DNA from: Catajapyx aquilonaris
Taxonomy: Eukaryota
Direction: 5' to 3'
Assembly (NCBI GenBank): GCA_000934665.2
Contig: KZ538779.1
Location: forward strand, 1 to 47,832
Length of the DNA stretch: 47,832 nt
A program made the position numbers and the translations under genes. Of the stretch, positions 32,351-46,600 are shown in pieces; the first letter of the stretch is position 1; the number at the start of each line of letters is the position of its first letter. Below the pieces are notes generated by a model that saw only the letters and a list, made by a program, of their open reading frames with translations, made no database searches and was not told the DNA's origin.

Positions 32351-34952
32351 GTACGTCGACCCTGCTGATGTTTGCTGGATAAATTACAATTATGTCACAC
32401 TTGATATGCAATAGGTTACATATGTGACATAATATCCGAGGGAATTTCATTATAAACAGTACTGGTCGTAAACAATATTTTAACTGCCCAAAAAGGTTTT
32501 GCCACTTCCGTGTAGATGTAGTTACGTATGACATTGACAAAACCTCAAGGACGGCCCCCACTATGTCATTATAGTAATTCCTGCGTCTGGAACTTTTTTT
32601 TAGCCTGCACTGTACATTCACTTTATTTTGGGGAATGTTGCGACAGCATTAGACTGTCATCTGATATCATTTTTATTGTGGGAGTAATATTTTTGGTCGA
32701 ACGTCAAGGTCGACAGTTCTAGACTGTTATTTGATCGAGATTGATCATTTCGCAACATGACCTATCGACCCGAACAGATAATGCAAAATCCGGAAAAGAT
32801 GTCCGAAAAGCTGATGCAAAAAATGCATGCGACCTGATAATTTAACGTGAGAAAACTGTGCACATTTTTGTACATTTCGCGATACCCATTGCAAATAAAT
32901 GTCTGCGAGGTATTTTATGAAGCACGTTTGTTCCCTTTGCGTTTTATATATGAATGAGTGTGTTGGCATACAACCATGCCTGAACGGCCTTCATTCCTCA
33001 TTAGAGGAACAAAACATGGGTATCAGGTGAATGTGACGTCAACCGGATGCTCATTGTTAGCACTTTTTTTCCTTGTAATCATCCAATTATCAAGATTATT
33101 TCTGTAGCTTCTAATTTTTCACACGAATTTCGTCCTGGCAACGCAATGACCCGGCCTCAAAATCAAGTGGGCAATGTATCTTCGTCGTTTTGACATAACT
33201 CCGAACAATTAATTTTGCAAAACCTGCGTGAGGACAATGCCACATCTTGGATATGACCTGCCCATGAATAATGGATCCGACACTTCACCTGCATCAAAAG
33301 CACAACGCGAAGCTTCCAGGAAATGCTGGATGATAATAATAATTTAGCAGAACCTATTAATGACTGCAATGAACACACCAATAATTCATTTTTTTTACGA
33401 CAGTTCCGACCAGGCATGGAAAAAAAAGTGCACATACCGTGTGCTGAAACTGGACCTAATGAAGGTTGCAGCACGTTTAAACGTGTTAGAGTAAATTATG
33501 CCACATTACCCCGAACCAAACCACGCCCAAATATTGAACGCGTGTGGTAAGCTAACGAGGGGCCTTTTTAAAAAAATGTACAGAACGTGGAATATTACAC
33601 GTCGTTACTACACTACAGTAGTGTAACGTAAGTTCCAACTATCGGAATTTTCTAGGCTCAAGTTGGCGCATCGCGGTAAGCCGAAATAGTTGGTGTGTTG
33701 TGGTTGGGTGTCCTTGCCCGTATTCTCCCGGATCGATGACGCGAATGACGTAACAGCAGGGAAGTAGCGCCAGCACCTAGCCCTACACTATTTTACATGC
33801 ACACATTGCGGATATTAATTTTACTGCACGCTTTATGAACCTGAGGATTACAGTATCCGAATGACTTGATTAAAAATGCGAGTGCTGATATTTTTCTGAA
33901 TAAATGTAGGTGCATATTGTGACAGGGCAAGGCCAGCCGACATTGGTATTGGCCTACTCAGTAAGCTTTCCATTTGTTTCGGAGATTAGTGTGTATTGGA
34001 TCTGCCTTGTTATGTGTGTGTGTCGGAATGAAAATTCCATGCAAACAGATTTGGTTGTGAATAATTCAATTGAAATCTGGCGGGAATCCTTAATTCTGTT
34101 TGCCTCGGATGGGTTTATATGGCTCCGACCCCTGAGAGCCGCAAAAAAAATAGCTCCAATGTTTTATAGGCACACTCCCTGTTTTTTTCGGCCCTAATAT
34201 ACACAGGACAAAATAATATGGTTATTTATGACTATAAGTTATTAACAGTGTGTACAACTTATACCGGTTTGAACCGCGTGGCGCCAGACCAAAAAAAAAA
34301 AATGAGAAAAACAGCAATATTAATATTGTGGCTGTCAGCCACAAGTTATTATGTAGCGGATTACCTTCCCTTCAATATGATATATGATCTAAAGTCATAA
34401 CTGTGTCAATGCCGCCCATTCTTCAATCCACGCTGGTATTTACTTCCTCGCGTAAAATGGTTTACATGATTTAAAAAGAAGGTTTTCTCATGTCCCATGC
34501 CAGTATCGGCCAATTACACACCACAACAGCGCATGTATGTACTTGTATAATTAGGCGGGGACCTATCATAACCTTCATGCAACACGCCACCAGCCATGGG
34601 CATCAACAATATTCCGTTATCCGTCATTAGGTCCGGCGAACATAACCAATAACCGGGGCCAATATAAGGATATTGCGGACTCACATCACACGCGCACAGG
34701 TCACTGTACCTTCCTCCCGTGGGAAGAATAGTGTTCATGACTGACCGACCCGGCGGTTTTCATATGCAAATCAATTCAACCTGCGCAAAAGCAAAATTCG
34801 CCTCTTCTGATAAACCGTGTCTGGCAGATGGGAAACATGTCGCATATTTACTATACTTTGTTGTGGCCATGACTAAAAATAATAGGGAGCATTACAGGCC
34901 CAGGATGGGTGTAAAAATATGACTGCAGTGCGAAACATTGTTGGAGATGATG

Positions 34953-35030
34953 TAGAGAGAACTAAGCAGTAAAGACGAACTGGAGAGGACTTACAACACC
35001 CTGTTCATGTTTACTGCTTAGTTTATTCTA
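34953..35030. repeat. Imperfect ~31-bp inverted repeat (MITE-like hairpin)
   Basis: tagagagaactaagcagtaaagacgaactgg versus cctgttcatgtttactgcttagtttattcta, with a 14-bp perfect core aactaagcagtaaa/tttactgcttagtt and a ~16-nt spacer. Confidence 0.8.
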
Positions 35031-37610
35031 TAGCTAGGGGCAATACTTATATTAACTTACATTAATTCTTGATAAGCAGCGTGTGGCATTAATTTATTTA
35101 AATGCAGTCCAACCCTAGCCTGGAACTATACTCTCCAGATTGCGTTTGATTGGTTAATTTTTTTACTGTTACATAGGCCTTACAGGCACATCTTGTCACA
35201 CTTGAGGGTTGGATGGAAGATATGATGTAGGCCTATACCTTTTTTCAGACGTGGAGAGTTGATAAAAAAAATATCGGAATTGGTTTTGGGCGTAACTTTA
35301 AAGCTGGGTTATTATAATGGATAGCCTCTGGAGAAATGTGCTATTTTGATTGACTCACAGTGTATGCTTTTGTTTGAGCCGCACCTTGCCCATTATTGGT
35401 TTTGAAATACCCATTTCTGCTGTGTACAGAAAAGTGCAACTTAGGCTGAAAGGCAAACACTGCGAGGCGCGGATGTTTGTCTCTGCCAACAAATCTCTCC
35501 CAGGGTGTCTTCTGCACAAAAAAAGATCTCTTTCATAGATCGATCATTTTCCTTGCTTTTCCCGTCAATATTTGGTTTTGGTTCGAAAGTAACTGGCGTT
35601 CCTTGCACTTATCCTTAAAAAATTTTATCATGCCAAGAAAAGGATGTTTGAACGTAATAGAACTTGATCGTTTTCTTATTGGATAGGTTTCTCATCTACT
35701 AATGGTCTGTCAACCTATTTGAAGCTAATTCCTTTTTTTCATTACTACTGGGCCTCTCGATGTGAAAGGATCCCCACTAGGATCGTTGTCATCTTTAATC
35801 GCGATAATTTTTAGTGACGCCGCCGCGCCGTTCTCAACAATATATGCCTTCACGTTGCCATAAGGGTGCAGGATTATTTATTTTACGCAATAGGCTATGT
35901 TTGTAAAAAAACCCAAGGTTTCAGGTCTTAGCAGTAGCTCGTTATTGTAAATATTTGAACACCCTTTTCCCACCTCACAATTCACAATTTTTATGACCTA
36001 GAAAACAAGCTCCGTCCTTCCTTCCGATCCCTGGAAAAATGGCATCCGTGCATGTCGAAAATGGCCTTGTCGCCGTTCCGAAAACCACCTGATCCCTTAA
36101 ATCCAGCAGGTGAAAAATAATTGCTATGGCCGTGGGCGTATTGTGTGCGAGACAACGCCATTAGTTAATCTGCCTCTTCCTTGTTAGGCCCGACTCGAGA
36201 GTGAAAACCATAATTATCCAGGGTTCGTTCGACATTGCAGCATGGATCCCTGACTTGAATTAGCTGCCCACGGAACACGTCTTCCAACACGACCCCCACT
36301 CATACCAGTTGTGTAAGTTGGAATACTGAATATTTGCGTTGAAAAAAAAAATTATATGAAAATTGGATGTAAAGGGCAGATTGCCTGTATTTTGTGATTG
36401 AGGTAGAAGGATGTTGCTTAACTCTTATATCCGGAGATTATGTTACACGGAAGTCGCAATCTTCGTCGTCTGGTTGGGGGATATTGATAATATACGATTG
36501 CGTGGCTTCCTAGCAGATGTTGGAGGCAACCGATCCACAAAATTGTATTTTCAAGGAAGCAGCACGACTGACGAGCAGGTCTTATGCAATGGTCGAAATT
36601 CGTAGCGAAGGTTACGTAAGTTACAGATTTTTTTTTCTTTGTCGATTTGTTTCATTTTTTGAAAATTGGGAACCATGTGTTCATTGCTAATTTGGTCCAA
36701 GTTGTACACCTACATCTGAATGCAATGATAGAACAAGATACGCAACACGCACTGGGTGGGATATTCATCACGATGAGCTGTATAAAAATGGGTCATAAGA
36801 GTGTAATGGAGGTCAGCATTGAATTATGTGCTGCATGATATGTTTGCACTTTTAGTTGCATTTGAGTATCATTATATTCAGTGAAACATAGGCCTATCGA
36901 AATTATTAGAGTGCTGGTACACAGTAATGTGAATTAATCTATAGGCAATATCTTTGAATAAAGCATCTGCATGTTTTTGTATACAGTGTTGTACAGGTTG
37001 TACAGTGTTTCTGAAACCTTAACTTGACAGTGATTGTAACAAGCTGGGGATATTGCTTACCAAAATAACTTTTCTTCCCAGAATATAATATACGGTGTAG
37101 GTTCTCCGATTAATTCGCGATTGTACTTTAAGCGATAAGAAACAGGGTACATAGGAAATCACATCCGGAATTTGTTACACAATCCAAAAAATTACTGTAA
37201 GCGAGAGAATTCAGTAGGTACCTGCATGTCGCCAAATGTCTTTTGACTATAATTTCTCTCTGCTTCACTAAGCTTTCCTTCTTATCGTCCCATCTCCGAC
37301 TCACTTGATTGCTATATTACCGGCGCTTTCAAAGTTCTTTTAAAATGTAATTAGTTGGTAGATGGGATCTCGACAAAGCATGTGGCCACATTTTAAACGA
37401 TAATGAACTATCCCCATCCACTTAATCCACTGTTATCCGCATATTAAACTTTTAAACCTGAAAGTTGAAAGCGCACTAGTTGGATGCAGATGGAACGGAC
37501 AAAAAATATGGATATGATTGTAATAGGATGAAACTTTTCTTGGGTTGATATGAAGATGGCTGAAGGGCATAGTTATCTACTATCCGGACTGTTTTTTTTC
37601 GAACTTAGAG

Positions 37611-37637
37611 TTTTTGCAATTTTTGCAATTTTTGCAA
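37611..37637 (+). repeat. (TTTTTGCAA)3 tandem repeat
   Basis: Seen directly. Confidence 0.9.
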
Positions 37638-37659
37638 GGAAATGAGTTTCACGACTCCA

Positions 37660-40600
37660 TAAAATTACACCTCAGGAGATGGAGGAAGTAATATTTCAAG
37701 ATCGGTTGTGCAAGAAGGGAAATAGTTATTTTTGGTGTATGTGACGCAACCGGATATATCCTTTGAACCAGCCGCAGTCAGCTGAGGTTGGAGCAGATTA
37801 TTTCCAGGAGAGGAAGTTAAATAAATAACCATCTAGTTGTGCCGCGCGATAAATCCTTTAACGACAAGGAAATTTTTCCTGTTCCACTTATTATAATTAC
37901 GCGAACATAAAATGCGACACACATTTCTAACCTGATGCCCCACCACACCTATTTTCTACGACATTTATGTCTGGGGGGGACGCTTTGTGTAAATGATTAA
38001 CACTTGCATTAAGGTCTGCCGGTAATGGCCATTCGACACCTCTTTCGAGTTACTCCTGCTGCCACCCCTGTTAATGACTGCGACTATAGGCCTACGAAGG
38101 ATATTACTCTATAATAAAATGGAAACTGGTTACTACATCCATTCACGTAATCGTTGATAATTTATGCATAGTGCACGATTGATGTGGCCGGTACTCAATC
38201 GCTGCACGTATCCCAAGCCCTGGAAACTGAAAATATTATATACAAAATAACTTAAGTTGAAATGAATGACGGTTGAGGTTTGCACCTTGTCGTAGGGGTC
38301 GACGGCCCTTGTCGACGGTGACTAAAAACGAGGGAAGGAAAATCATTTTTCTTGCAAGTCCCCCCCCCCTCCCCCCACGCTGCCGTCATATTTTTTTATG
38401 CACTTTAGCCACACCATCCAAGTGACCTATCATGCAACGATATGGGACCTATTAACGCCGGTCAGTCACATCCATTCGTTTGAAGGGCACCCTGCAGGGT
38501 TACGTTTCTTATCTCCACTTTCAGGTATGGGGATGTCAAATAACTTGATTCTATGGCTCACATCATTCACTCAATGCACCACGACAAAAAGGGCCTCGTC
38601 CTACATGAGCCCCCCTCAATGTTAATTAGTAACCATTTTTTACTACTCACATGTAAATTAAAACGAGTTTTTAGAAATAATTAGCATACAGTGCTAATTG
38701 AATTCTTTGGGGGCACAATAATCGCCTCCAACTGCATACAATTTTTTCCAGCCCGTAGCTGTTCATTAGAGTACAATCTCATGACATACTCTGCCGCATT
38801 TACTGCACTTCAAAGTGCGTGTTTCATAGACGTAGAATCGCAATTCCAGAGGGCGGATATTGACTATAGCCGGCATTAGACTACTGGCACGTATTCTTTT
38901 CCATTATCTTTACTCGCGTGTACACGAAAGGCATTTGCACATGTAATTCAGAGCAGGATACTGTACCGAGTTCAATGTGATTTGATATGGGATGCTGCTT
39001 TTTTTTTGAATTGAGTGTGTGTATACACAAGGGTGGAAAATAGTGGAAATCAATTTTATTCCAGCTTCCCTGCAGCACAACCGGGATGAAACCAGGCGGA
39101 TACGATTGGAACCAATTTTGACAGCCAGGTTGGTGCAGAAATAATAATACAGAAAAAAAAGCAACGCTGCCATTTTCTCTCTATGGGCACTCGTGCAAGT
39201 GGGGACACTGATTCGAAACGACATGTTCCTTCTTGGCTGTCAAGAACGGTCGGTCCAAATTCACCTGAAAGTTGGACATGTGCAACCTGAGGCGTGGGCC
39301 AACACAATGTGCACAAGTTGGGGTCTTTAGGGAGGAAGGGGTTGGAATTCCATCTGACGGTATCCATGTCGGTCCTGAGGATATTGGCAGTTAGGGCTTT
39401 GCGAAGGGGTTCCCAGGCCGCCTGCACGTAGCCACCCAAAACGCTATTGCTGCCACCATTGATCAAGAGGAAGCCAGGGTGTATCGTGATGGCATGAAAA
39501 ACCAACCCCCCAAGGTTAAGCCCCGGTGCCATGACACAGGTCCATGTACGGACATGCAGGGATTTTACTTGGAAAACCGCAGTTTCATTACGAGAGAGCC
39601 TGCAGTGGAAATAGGGCAGCTGATGCTCGATACAATTTTAGCAACATTTCTTGTTATTGGCCAAATATTGGGAATATATTTTTAAGAGAAGTTTCAGCAA
39701 TATTTATCAGTGTTCTCACACATGACCTTCAGATTGCTGAACATATTGTGCCACGGCATATGGTTTTTCAGCATCAGTATTCATAGCGTGTATGCGTATA
39801 CGTGCAATATATAGGATTGTTGCATCTGCCGGAACATTAATCGTGCTGCCGTAATCGCCTTCTCTGCATACGTTTGGCCCAGATATGGAATTATGAGTTA
39901 ACATGCGGAAGTGGTGGTACCGATAATGCTCTGAGTAGACTGATGGTAGGCTAAATTGCCCGAAGCAGTGAGTGTGTGATGGTATGTGCCAGCATACCGT
40001 GCGTTTCTTGGACTTGCTGAGTAGGAAGTACGTGAATGTGTGTGGACAGTGTGTGTGTACTTAAACTGTCCAGTGTCCAATATTTAAAAAATGCCTGTCA
40101 TGACACCCGATTCGGAGCCTGTTGCATTGTGTATAAGGTACTGTCCCTTCTCATATCAGATTATGAGTAAAGTGAATACGTGCCTTGGTTACTTGAAAAG
40201 GCCTTGGTATTGTAATTATTTTATATTGAAGAAAGCTGTCGTTGCCATTAATTTATTACGGCGTCATCTTTGGCATCGGAATATTTATGTAAACCCCCAT
40301 ACCAGAGTGAAGCCCTCCCTTGGTCATAAGCTCATAACAACCAAAATTGACTGCACATTAGTTAAAAAATGTGATGCGGAGGATTATGTAACACTGCGGA
40401 CACTAACCTGCACAATACGGTATTATCGTAATACCTTGTGACGTTTGATTGATCACGTTTGATCCGAGAATAATATGTATCCCATTAAAAACTTACTAAT
40501 AATGCTACCAACTTTTAAGTTGCGAGATTATTCCACACACTACGCTATAATCTATAGGTTGACCCCTGGACTAATAAAAACGGTTACACCCATGTGCGTA

Positions 40601-43600
40601 CGCGAACTCATTAACTGCGCATAGCATGTGACAGTACACTTTGTTAAAGTCTAGTTACGTCAGAGAGTCCGTTTTGTTAGCCCCGTTTAATGTGGAAAAA
40701 TAATGGACGTCTCGCCAATGTCGGATTCGCAGGAGATTATACAGTCAGCTTGGGCGGACATGCGTCTAAAATGTCATTAAAACTAGTGCAGAAATTACTC
40801 CAGCCCTACTACTTGTGACACCTACACACCACGATAAGCTCTGGGGCGTGTTGGATGCAATTTCCGGCTTGGTACTCCCAGTTTGAAACCAGCTATTCGT
40901 TTTCACACTGACTTATGAGACATATGAACATTTGGTTTCCGGATAGTGTAGTACAAAACAATGCTCACATAGAAATTAGATACAAACAATAAACATACAT
41001 ATCGTCTCCGCCCCAAAAAAATCAGGCCACTTATTTCTGAAACACCCCGCAGCACGAAGCCAATTGGTCAGCATCCGAATCCACTGTTACGAGATTACGT
41101 AGTCATAAATCGGCCATGAGATAACCAGATAAAAAGCCAGGCCGTTCCTCAACCATGTCAGACGCAAGGTAATCGACGTCTCCTCCAACTTATGAGTCAC
41201 CTAGGTATAATACCCCCGTGGATTCTACGGGTGTCTCATGCTTGACCACATGCCAAGGAATGAATAAAAAAATGCGGAGAAAAACACAACAAGACATTCC
41301 TAAGCCAAGTTTCGCCGGATCAACCGAAAACAATGGCGGGAACATACCACTGATGTGATGACTCAATGCGAACACGTTTTCTTGTGCCAGAAGGCGGTAT
41401 CCCGTGTAAAGCCGACTATGTACCACAAAAAATAAGAAGCGGGGCCCCTGTGGCACTTCTTCATTCCTTTGGGAAAATACATAGGTCATCGGCCCCGCAA
41501 ACCGAGAAATAAAGATGGCGGTGCTTGGAATGCAGTTATGGAGTTGGGTGAACCAGTGTGTGAAAGAGAAGAAGGTGGGATGGTGAAAACCAGCACTTAT
41601 CTTGCCAACTCTAGATGATACCATAAGCAGTTGTAACATACTCGTGCATGGGTGCATATCATGTGGGTGAACCGGTCAGAAAATGGGACGTCTGTATGAG
41701 CATTGGAGAAGGTCAGTTCGAGCTCAAAAGGACATGGAATGGAGTTGTAAGACAGTTATCGTGAGTTATTAATAAACTGTTCGAGTTGCAAATTATAGCC
41801 TGCTCTGTTACGGTGACTGTAAGCGTATACTGTAGACATGATGTAATAGCACCACCAGTAGCAGGTTTTATGCTTTACGAGCCTGAACATGCTGCTTTGT
41901 ACACCTGATTTAAGACTACTGACATGCAGTAATGAGTGGTATTGAATGATGATAAAATTATGAACCAGCGTGGGAGAAATAACGGCTGATGTAGAGTGGA
42001 ATGTAGATCAACAGATTTTTTGGACAATTTGGTAGGAAGTCGCAGCTATTGACCTGGAAAAGGACATTTGGAGCATGGCCACAAAATGTGGCCTACTTTT
42101 TTATTTTTTTTAAAGCACGTTCTATTTGGGGAATATCGACGTAATAAGTTGCAGGTTTCAAATTAATGATCTTCCCACTAAGCGTAATTAATTTTGTATC
42201 TGTTGAGCCCAAACTCGAAGAACAACTTGGGAGGTTCCTGCCTTATTAGACACAAATTAGCTCCATTAATAGCTGGGAGTTCATAAGTAAAAAAATGTTA
42301 AAAAGTTTTGAGGGGAAAGTAATGGAGTTTGATTGGTTTCCTGGCCGTGAAATAGTCCCGGACGGTGATTTTATGACTGGACCTTCAATTGGATACCAGA
42401 AATTCGTCTAGGTTGCGGTTTCCAATCGACCCTTTCTTTTGATTGGCAAGTTCATATATAGGCTGTCAATAGGTGGACTGTTCCAAACCCTCAGAAACGA
42501 GGTTGAACCAATTTCTTTTCCCAAAATATGCATAGTTTATCGGATCTGATCCGTTTATTACGGAATATGGACATTTTCATCTTGGGAGAAGGTAACAGAA
42601 TTGCAGCTCCGAGCCATGTTTTTTTTCCTGAGTTGATTTGAAGTTGATTAGCCTCGTTTTCAGGTCCATTTACCTCCCCCTAATTCGATTGAAGCTGAGT
42701 TGCAAGCCAAGGCTGCGATTAGTCTAATTATCCAGACAGACACTAACATGAGCGGATGTGTTGAACCAGCCATCGCCGCAAAATAGATTTCCACATACAA
42801 TATCGGGACCTTAATTGTAAATGTGAGCCGGATCTATTCAAGGTTGAGTCCAGGGCTAGACTAGTCCCGATAGTACTATGCATGTACTAATTGCAGTAAT
42901 TTCCATTCAAAAAAATGGGAACTGATATTAGCCGAAAAGCTTTCAGCAATTAGTGAAATTTCAATATGGCAGAGAGAATTGCGGGACTTCGGAATATTTT
43001 ATGCATATATTGTCTAATCTTCCAGTTGCAGAAATTTAGTGCAAAAACACTGGCTTGTTTTTTTTTGGCGGACAAAACAAAAATATCTGGGCAGTCAGCC
43101 ACTTTGCAATTTTCGGCTGCTTTGTACCAGACGGGAGCAATGTATAACCTGGCGGGGAATCTCTGATAAATCAAACCTAATCCGCTTACACTGATCGTCC
43201 ATTAAAGAACGTCATGTACATATACCTCTTTATCCACAAAAAATGCGATGGGAAAAAAACTATCTTCGATTAGAAAGTACGTCCGAGCTCATTACATTCA
43301 ACTACACAGTATTAATGGGATTCAACCGCAGTCCCATTTGAACCAGATTTCTGGTTGGTTTGGTAATGCAAATTCGTCGTGTGTATACTGCACTCTCATG
43401 TGTGTCAGCTTCCACTGGATTGTTGATTCTGGAATTATTACGGACAAGCATCTGGTTCATTTCTTGCCAGGAGATGTCGCTACCTGCCATCCTGCGAACA
43501 TCCGGATGGAAAAAACCAACCATATTATATATGTCGAACATCGTTATCAAATATCTACAGTATGATACCCAGCAGGCTAACAGAACGTTGAGCAATGTAG

Positions 43601-46600
43601 ACATTGAAAAAAAGAAGAGCAGAAAAAGAGGAGGTTATCTGCGAAGACAAGGCTTTCATCTTGCTCTTGAGGGTTGGAAGAGTCGAGGGTTGAAACGGTC
43701 GGAGGATTTGAAGCTCGCATTGAGGAAATTGGATTTTGGACGTTTCTGGTATTAAGTGCCGTGTTTGGAAGAGATTAGTTTGGAGGATGGGTGGTGTGGG
43801 GGACATGGGGGTAGGCCTAAGTGATGTTTTTTTTCTCAGCTCCTAGAAAAGAGGGTAGAAAAGAATTGCATCGCAGCCATCTTGATGGAAGCACGGGTTT
43901 CTTGATGACTTGGACGAGTCTTCTATCGGCGCCACGTGTGATCATTTCGGAGGCCCCCCTCTGCAGCACTCTTCCTTTTCTTCCCCCNNNNNNNNNNNNN
44001 NNCCCCCCCCCCCGATAGCAATGCGAATCAAAGCAATTCCAGGGGGTTCCAGATTAGGAGGGAAGTGCAAGCGTGTAATGTGGGTTTTTAATGACTTTGG
44101 TTCGATAGCTGGGCCAAATCAAGGGTGGGAGAGAGAGGATAAATTCTTATCGCGTCATTCGTTGAAGGTGTTCCTTCGTGTATTGGGTAACAAGATAAAA
44201 GTTCATTCCCCCTGCGATTCAGCCGGAAGAATAGCAAGCGAGCACCCCTTCCCGGAAGCGGGGGGCTTTTATTTTGGATTTGCATTCTTTTTTAGTGGTT
44301 TTGTTTGCGCGGATTTGCATCAGGTGTCGGGTGTTAGGCAGTGTAAAAATATACAACTCGAAGGGAAAATTGTCAAAATGTACTAAACACAAAAATTTCG
44401 GAGTACAGTCTATTATTACTGGTGTACAGTATGTCAGTGCTATACCTACACTGTAAGAAATATCTGAAGAGTTAGCGGTAAATTATACGCCATTCTGGTG
44501 ACCAATCGATGAAGAGCGGCATGCAATCGAACAAAAATGTTACCTTATACCCAATAATTTCACTTCCCTGTGTGTCACCCTCTGATGTCATATCCGCTCT
44601 TTCCCTGCACAAAGCTATATTGAGCGCAAACGAAAATGAACTTCTTCGAAATGATTTATTTATAAGTTGTGTCTGTTGCTACAATAACCACAAGCCTCAT
44701 TGGTCTCCTTTCATTATAGGCTTGCTTGACATGTTTCACACAAACCATGACGATATTAGTCTCGTACTTCACCTACACAGGAATGAATTGAGCTACTGGC
44801 CTTTTGTAAGCTTATAGTCCAAAGTACTTGAAATGCATTGTTGTTTTAATAGGTCAGATATCTTTTAACGGTTGAAATTGAATGGTAGTCACACATGCAC
44901 AGTCCAAAGTTGCCTCAATAATGCAGTAAAACCTGATGTCACACTTTATCTCTATCTTGGCTTCCTAGAAACTGGTGAGCACCTATTACCGTTAACTCTA
45001 CATGGTAGCACAAGTGGCCCATTTTTTGGGAAAGCTATATGTAGGTTGTTTAGGGGGTCTTCGAAACCGAGCTGATGTGCTTGCATGCGATTACGACTTG
45101 TGCTTTTGAGGCCAACTTGGCCACGCACGCTCCAATCTGACAAGTGGTAAAGGTAGAGGAAACTTCAAGGCCGGAAGGGGTCTATTCTTAAAACGGAGAT
45201 AAAAAGACCCTCCAAATTTTTTTTTAAAGGTCCTGTACCCAACACAACTCATGACCCTAAATCTCAGCAAATTGTTTTCTGAGAGCAATTGCGATATCAG
45301 GACGCTCCCTTGCTTTTTTATGGCGTGTGTTTCTGCCGTGAATGTCAGCCAGAAGCAATTCGCAAACGGGTCCAATCAGCATAGAATCGAATTAATTTTT
45401 GCAGTACTCCCAAATGTATTTCTCTCTCTTTCTCTCCATCCCAATTTCCATGGTTATTTGCTTGCACTTAAGAAGTTGGGTGGTGGGTGGGGTGGGGAGG
45501 AGAACTCTTGATTTGCTGGAGCCCCCCCCCCCCTTTCCGATGGTGGAAATCAATAGCAAGTATTCTCCGCCTAGAAAAGCGCAGCGCAATGTATAGTCTG
45601 TTGCAGGGAAAGTTATTTCGATCAGTTCTGTACGGTACGTCGAATGTGATGCATTTTTCAGGGACTGCAAAGGGAAGTCTGATTGAGTCTGTAGGTTATG
45701 GAAGGCACCCTATTCATGAATATCTGAGTGTACTCTTAACAGGTTCAATTTAAAGGCAAAGACTCGAATTTAATGAGCAGTACAGAAAGCTATATTGACC
45801 TTCCGTTGGGAAGCGATATGAAAGTTTCGGCAAAGTAAAAATACGATATTGATTTCGGATCAAAATGGACAACTTAAGAATTTAGTAATAAAGAATCGCC
45901 TTGAACATCGTTCATCGTTTCAATTTGGGTTTAAAAATATCAGTACCTTTATAGTAGGAAGTATGTTTTGATAAGGACGGACCCAATCTTGCTCGAATAA
46001 CCCGCCAACAATGTTCTGTCGTGCTTTCTGCCTTCGCATGGAATGAATGCGTTTATCAAACGGAAGCCTCATCGGAAATGCACATTAGTTTCATGCGATG
46101 ACCGTATTATCAGAATATTCCGCAATCACTTCTGACGCAACAATGCCAAGTGTCACTTGACACGATCCTCCCTTTCATTCGCAAATCGTCAAATGCACGC
46201 CACACCTAACGAATATATCTAGTGTTTCGCAATCTGACCACTCTTCGTGGGTCTTCTCCAAAAGACATCCTTCGTTTTCCTTGGGTTGAAGTTGGAGGAG
46301 AGGCTTCTTTGTTGACGTTCTTATGTCTGCATCTGTCAACCCAAACGACTCCAATGACTTTCTCGTCACGTTCCTACCCTTTTGTGCGATGTTCTTGGCC
46401 TTCCACTACTTCAGACCTTTTTTTACCTTTATAGAATACGCCCCCTTCCTTTTTTTGATCACTTCTACCTCGACCTTTTTGTAGCGAGTATGACTCTGCA
46501 GGACCAATGGTCTGTGTCACATGCTTTTATTATTCTACGATGGTTATACCCTTGTGTAATATTCCGGAGCTGCTCCACCGCAGTTCCTTCTAGTGCACTC

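Noticed and set aside
33163..33474. hAT transposase C-terminal remnant (YSWAGHI)
   Set aside because: A single weak motif with no supporting context.
36568..36606. CTGACGA…GAAA-TTCG-TA as a hammerhead ribozyme
   Set aside because: Neither stem II nor stem I pairs convincingly.
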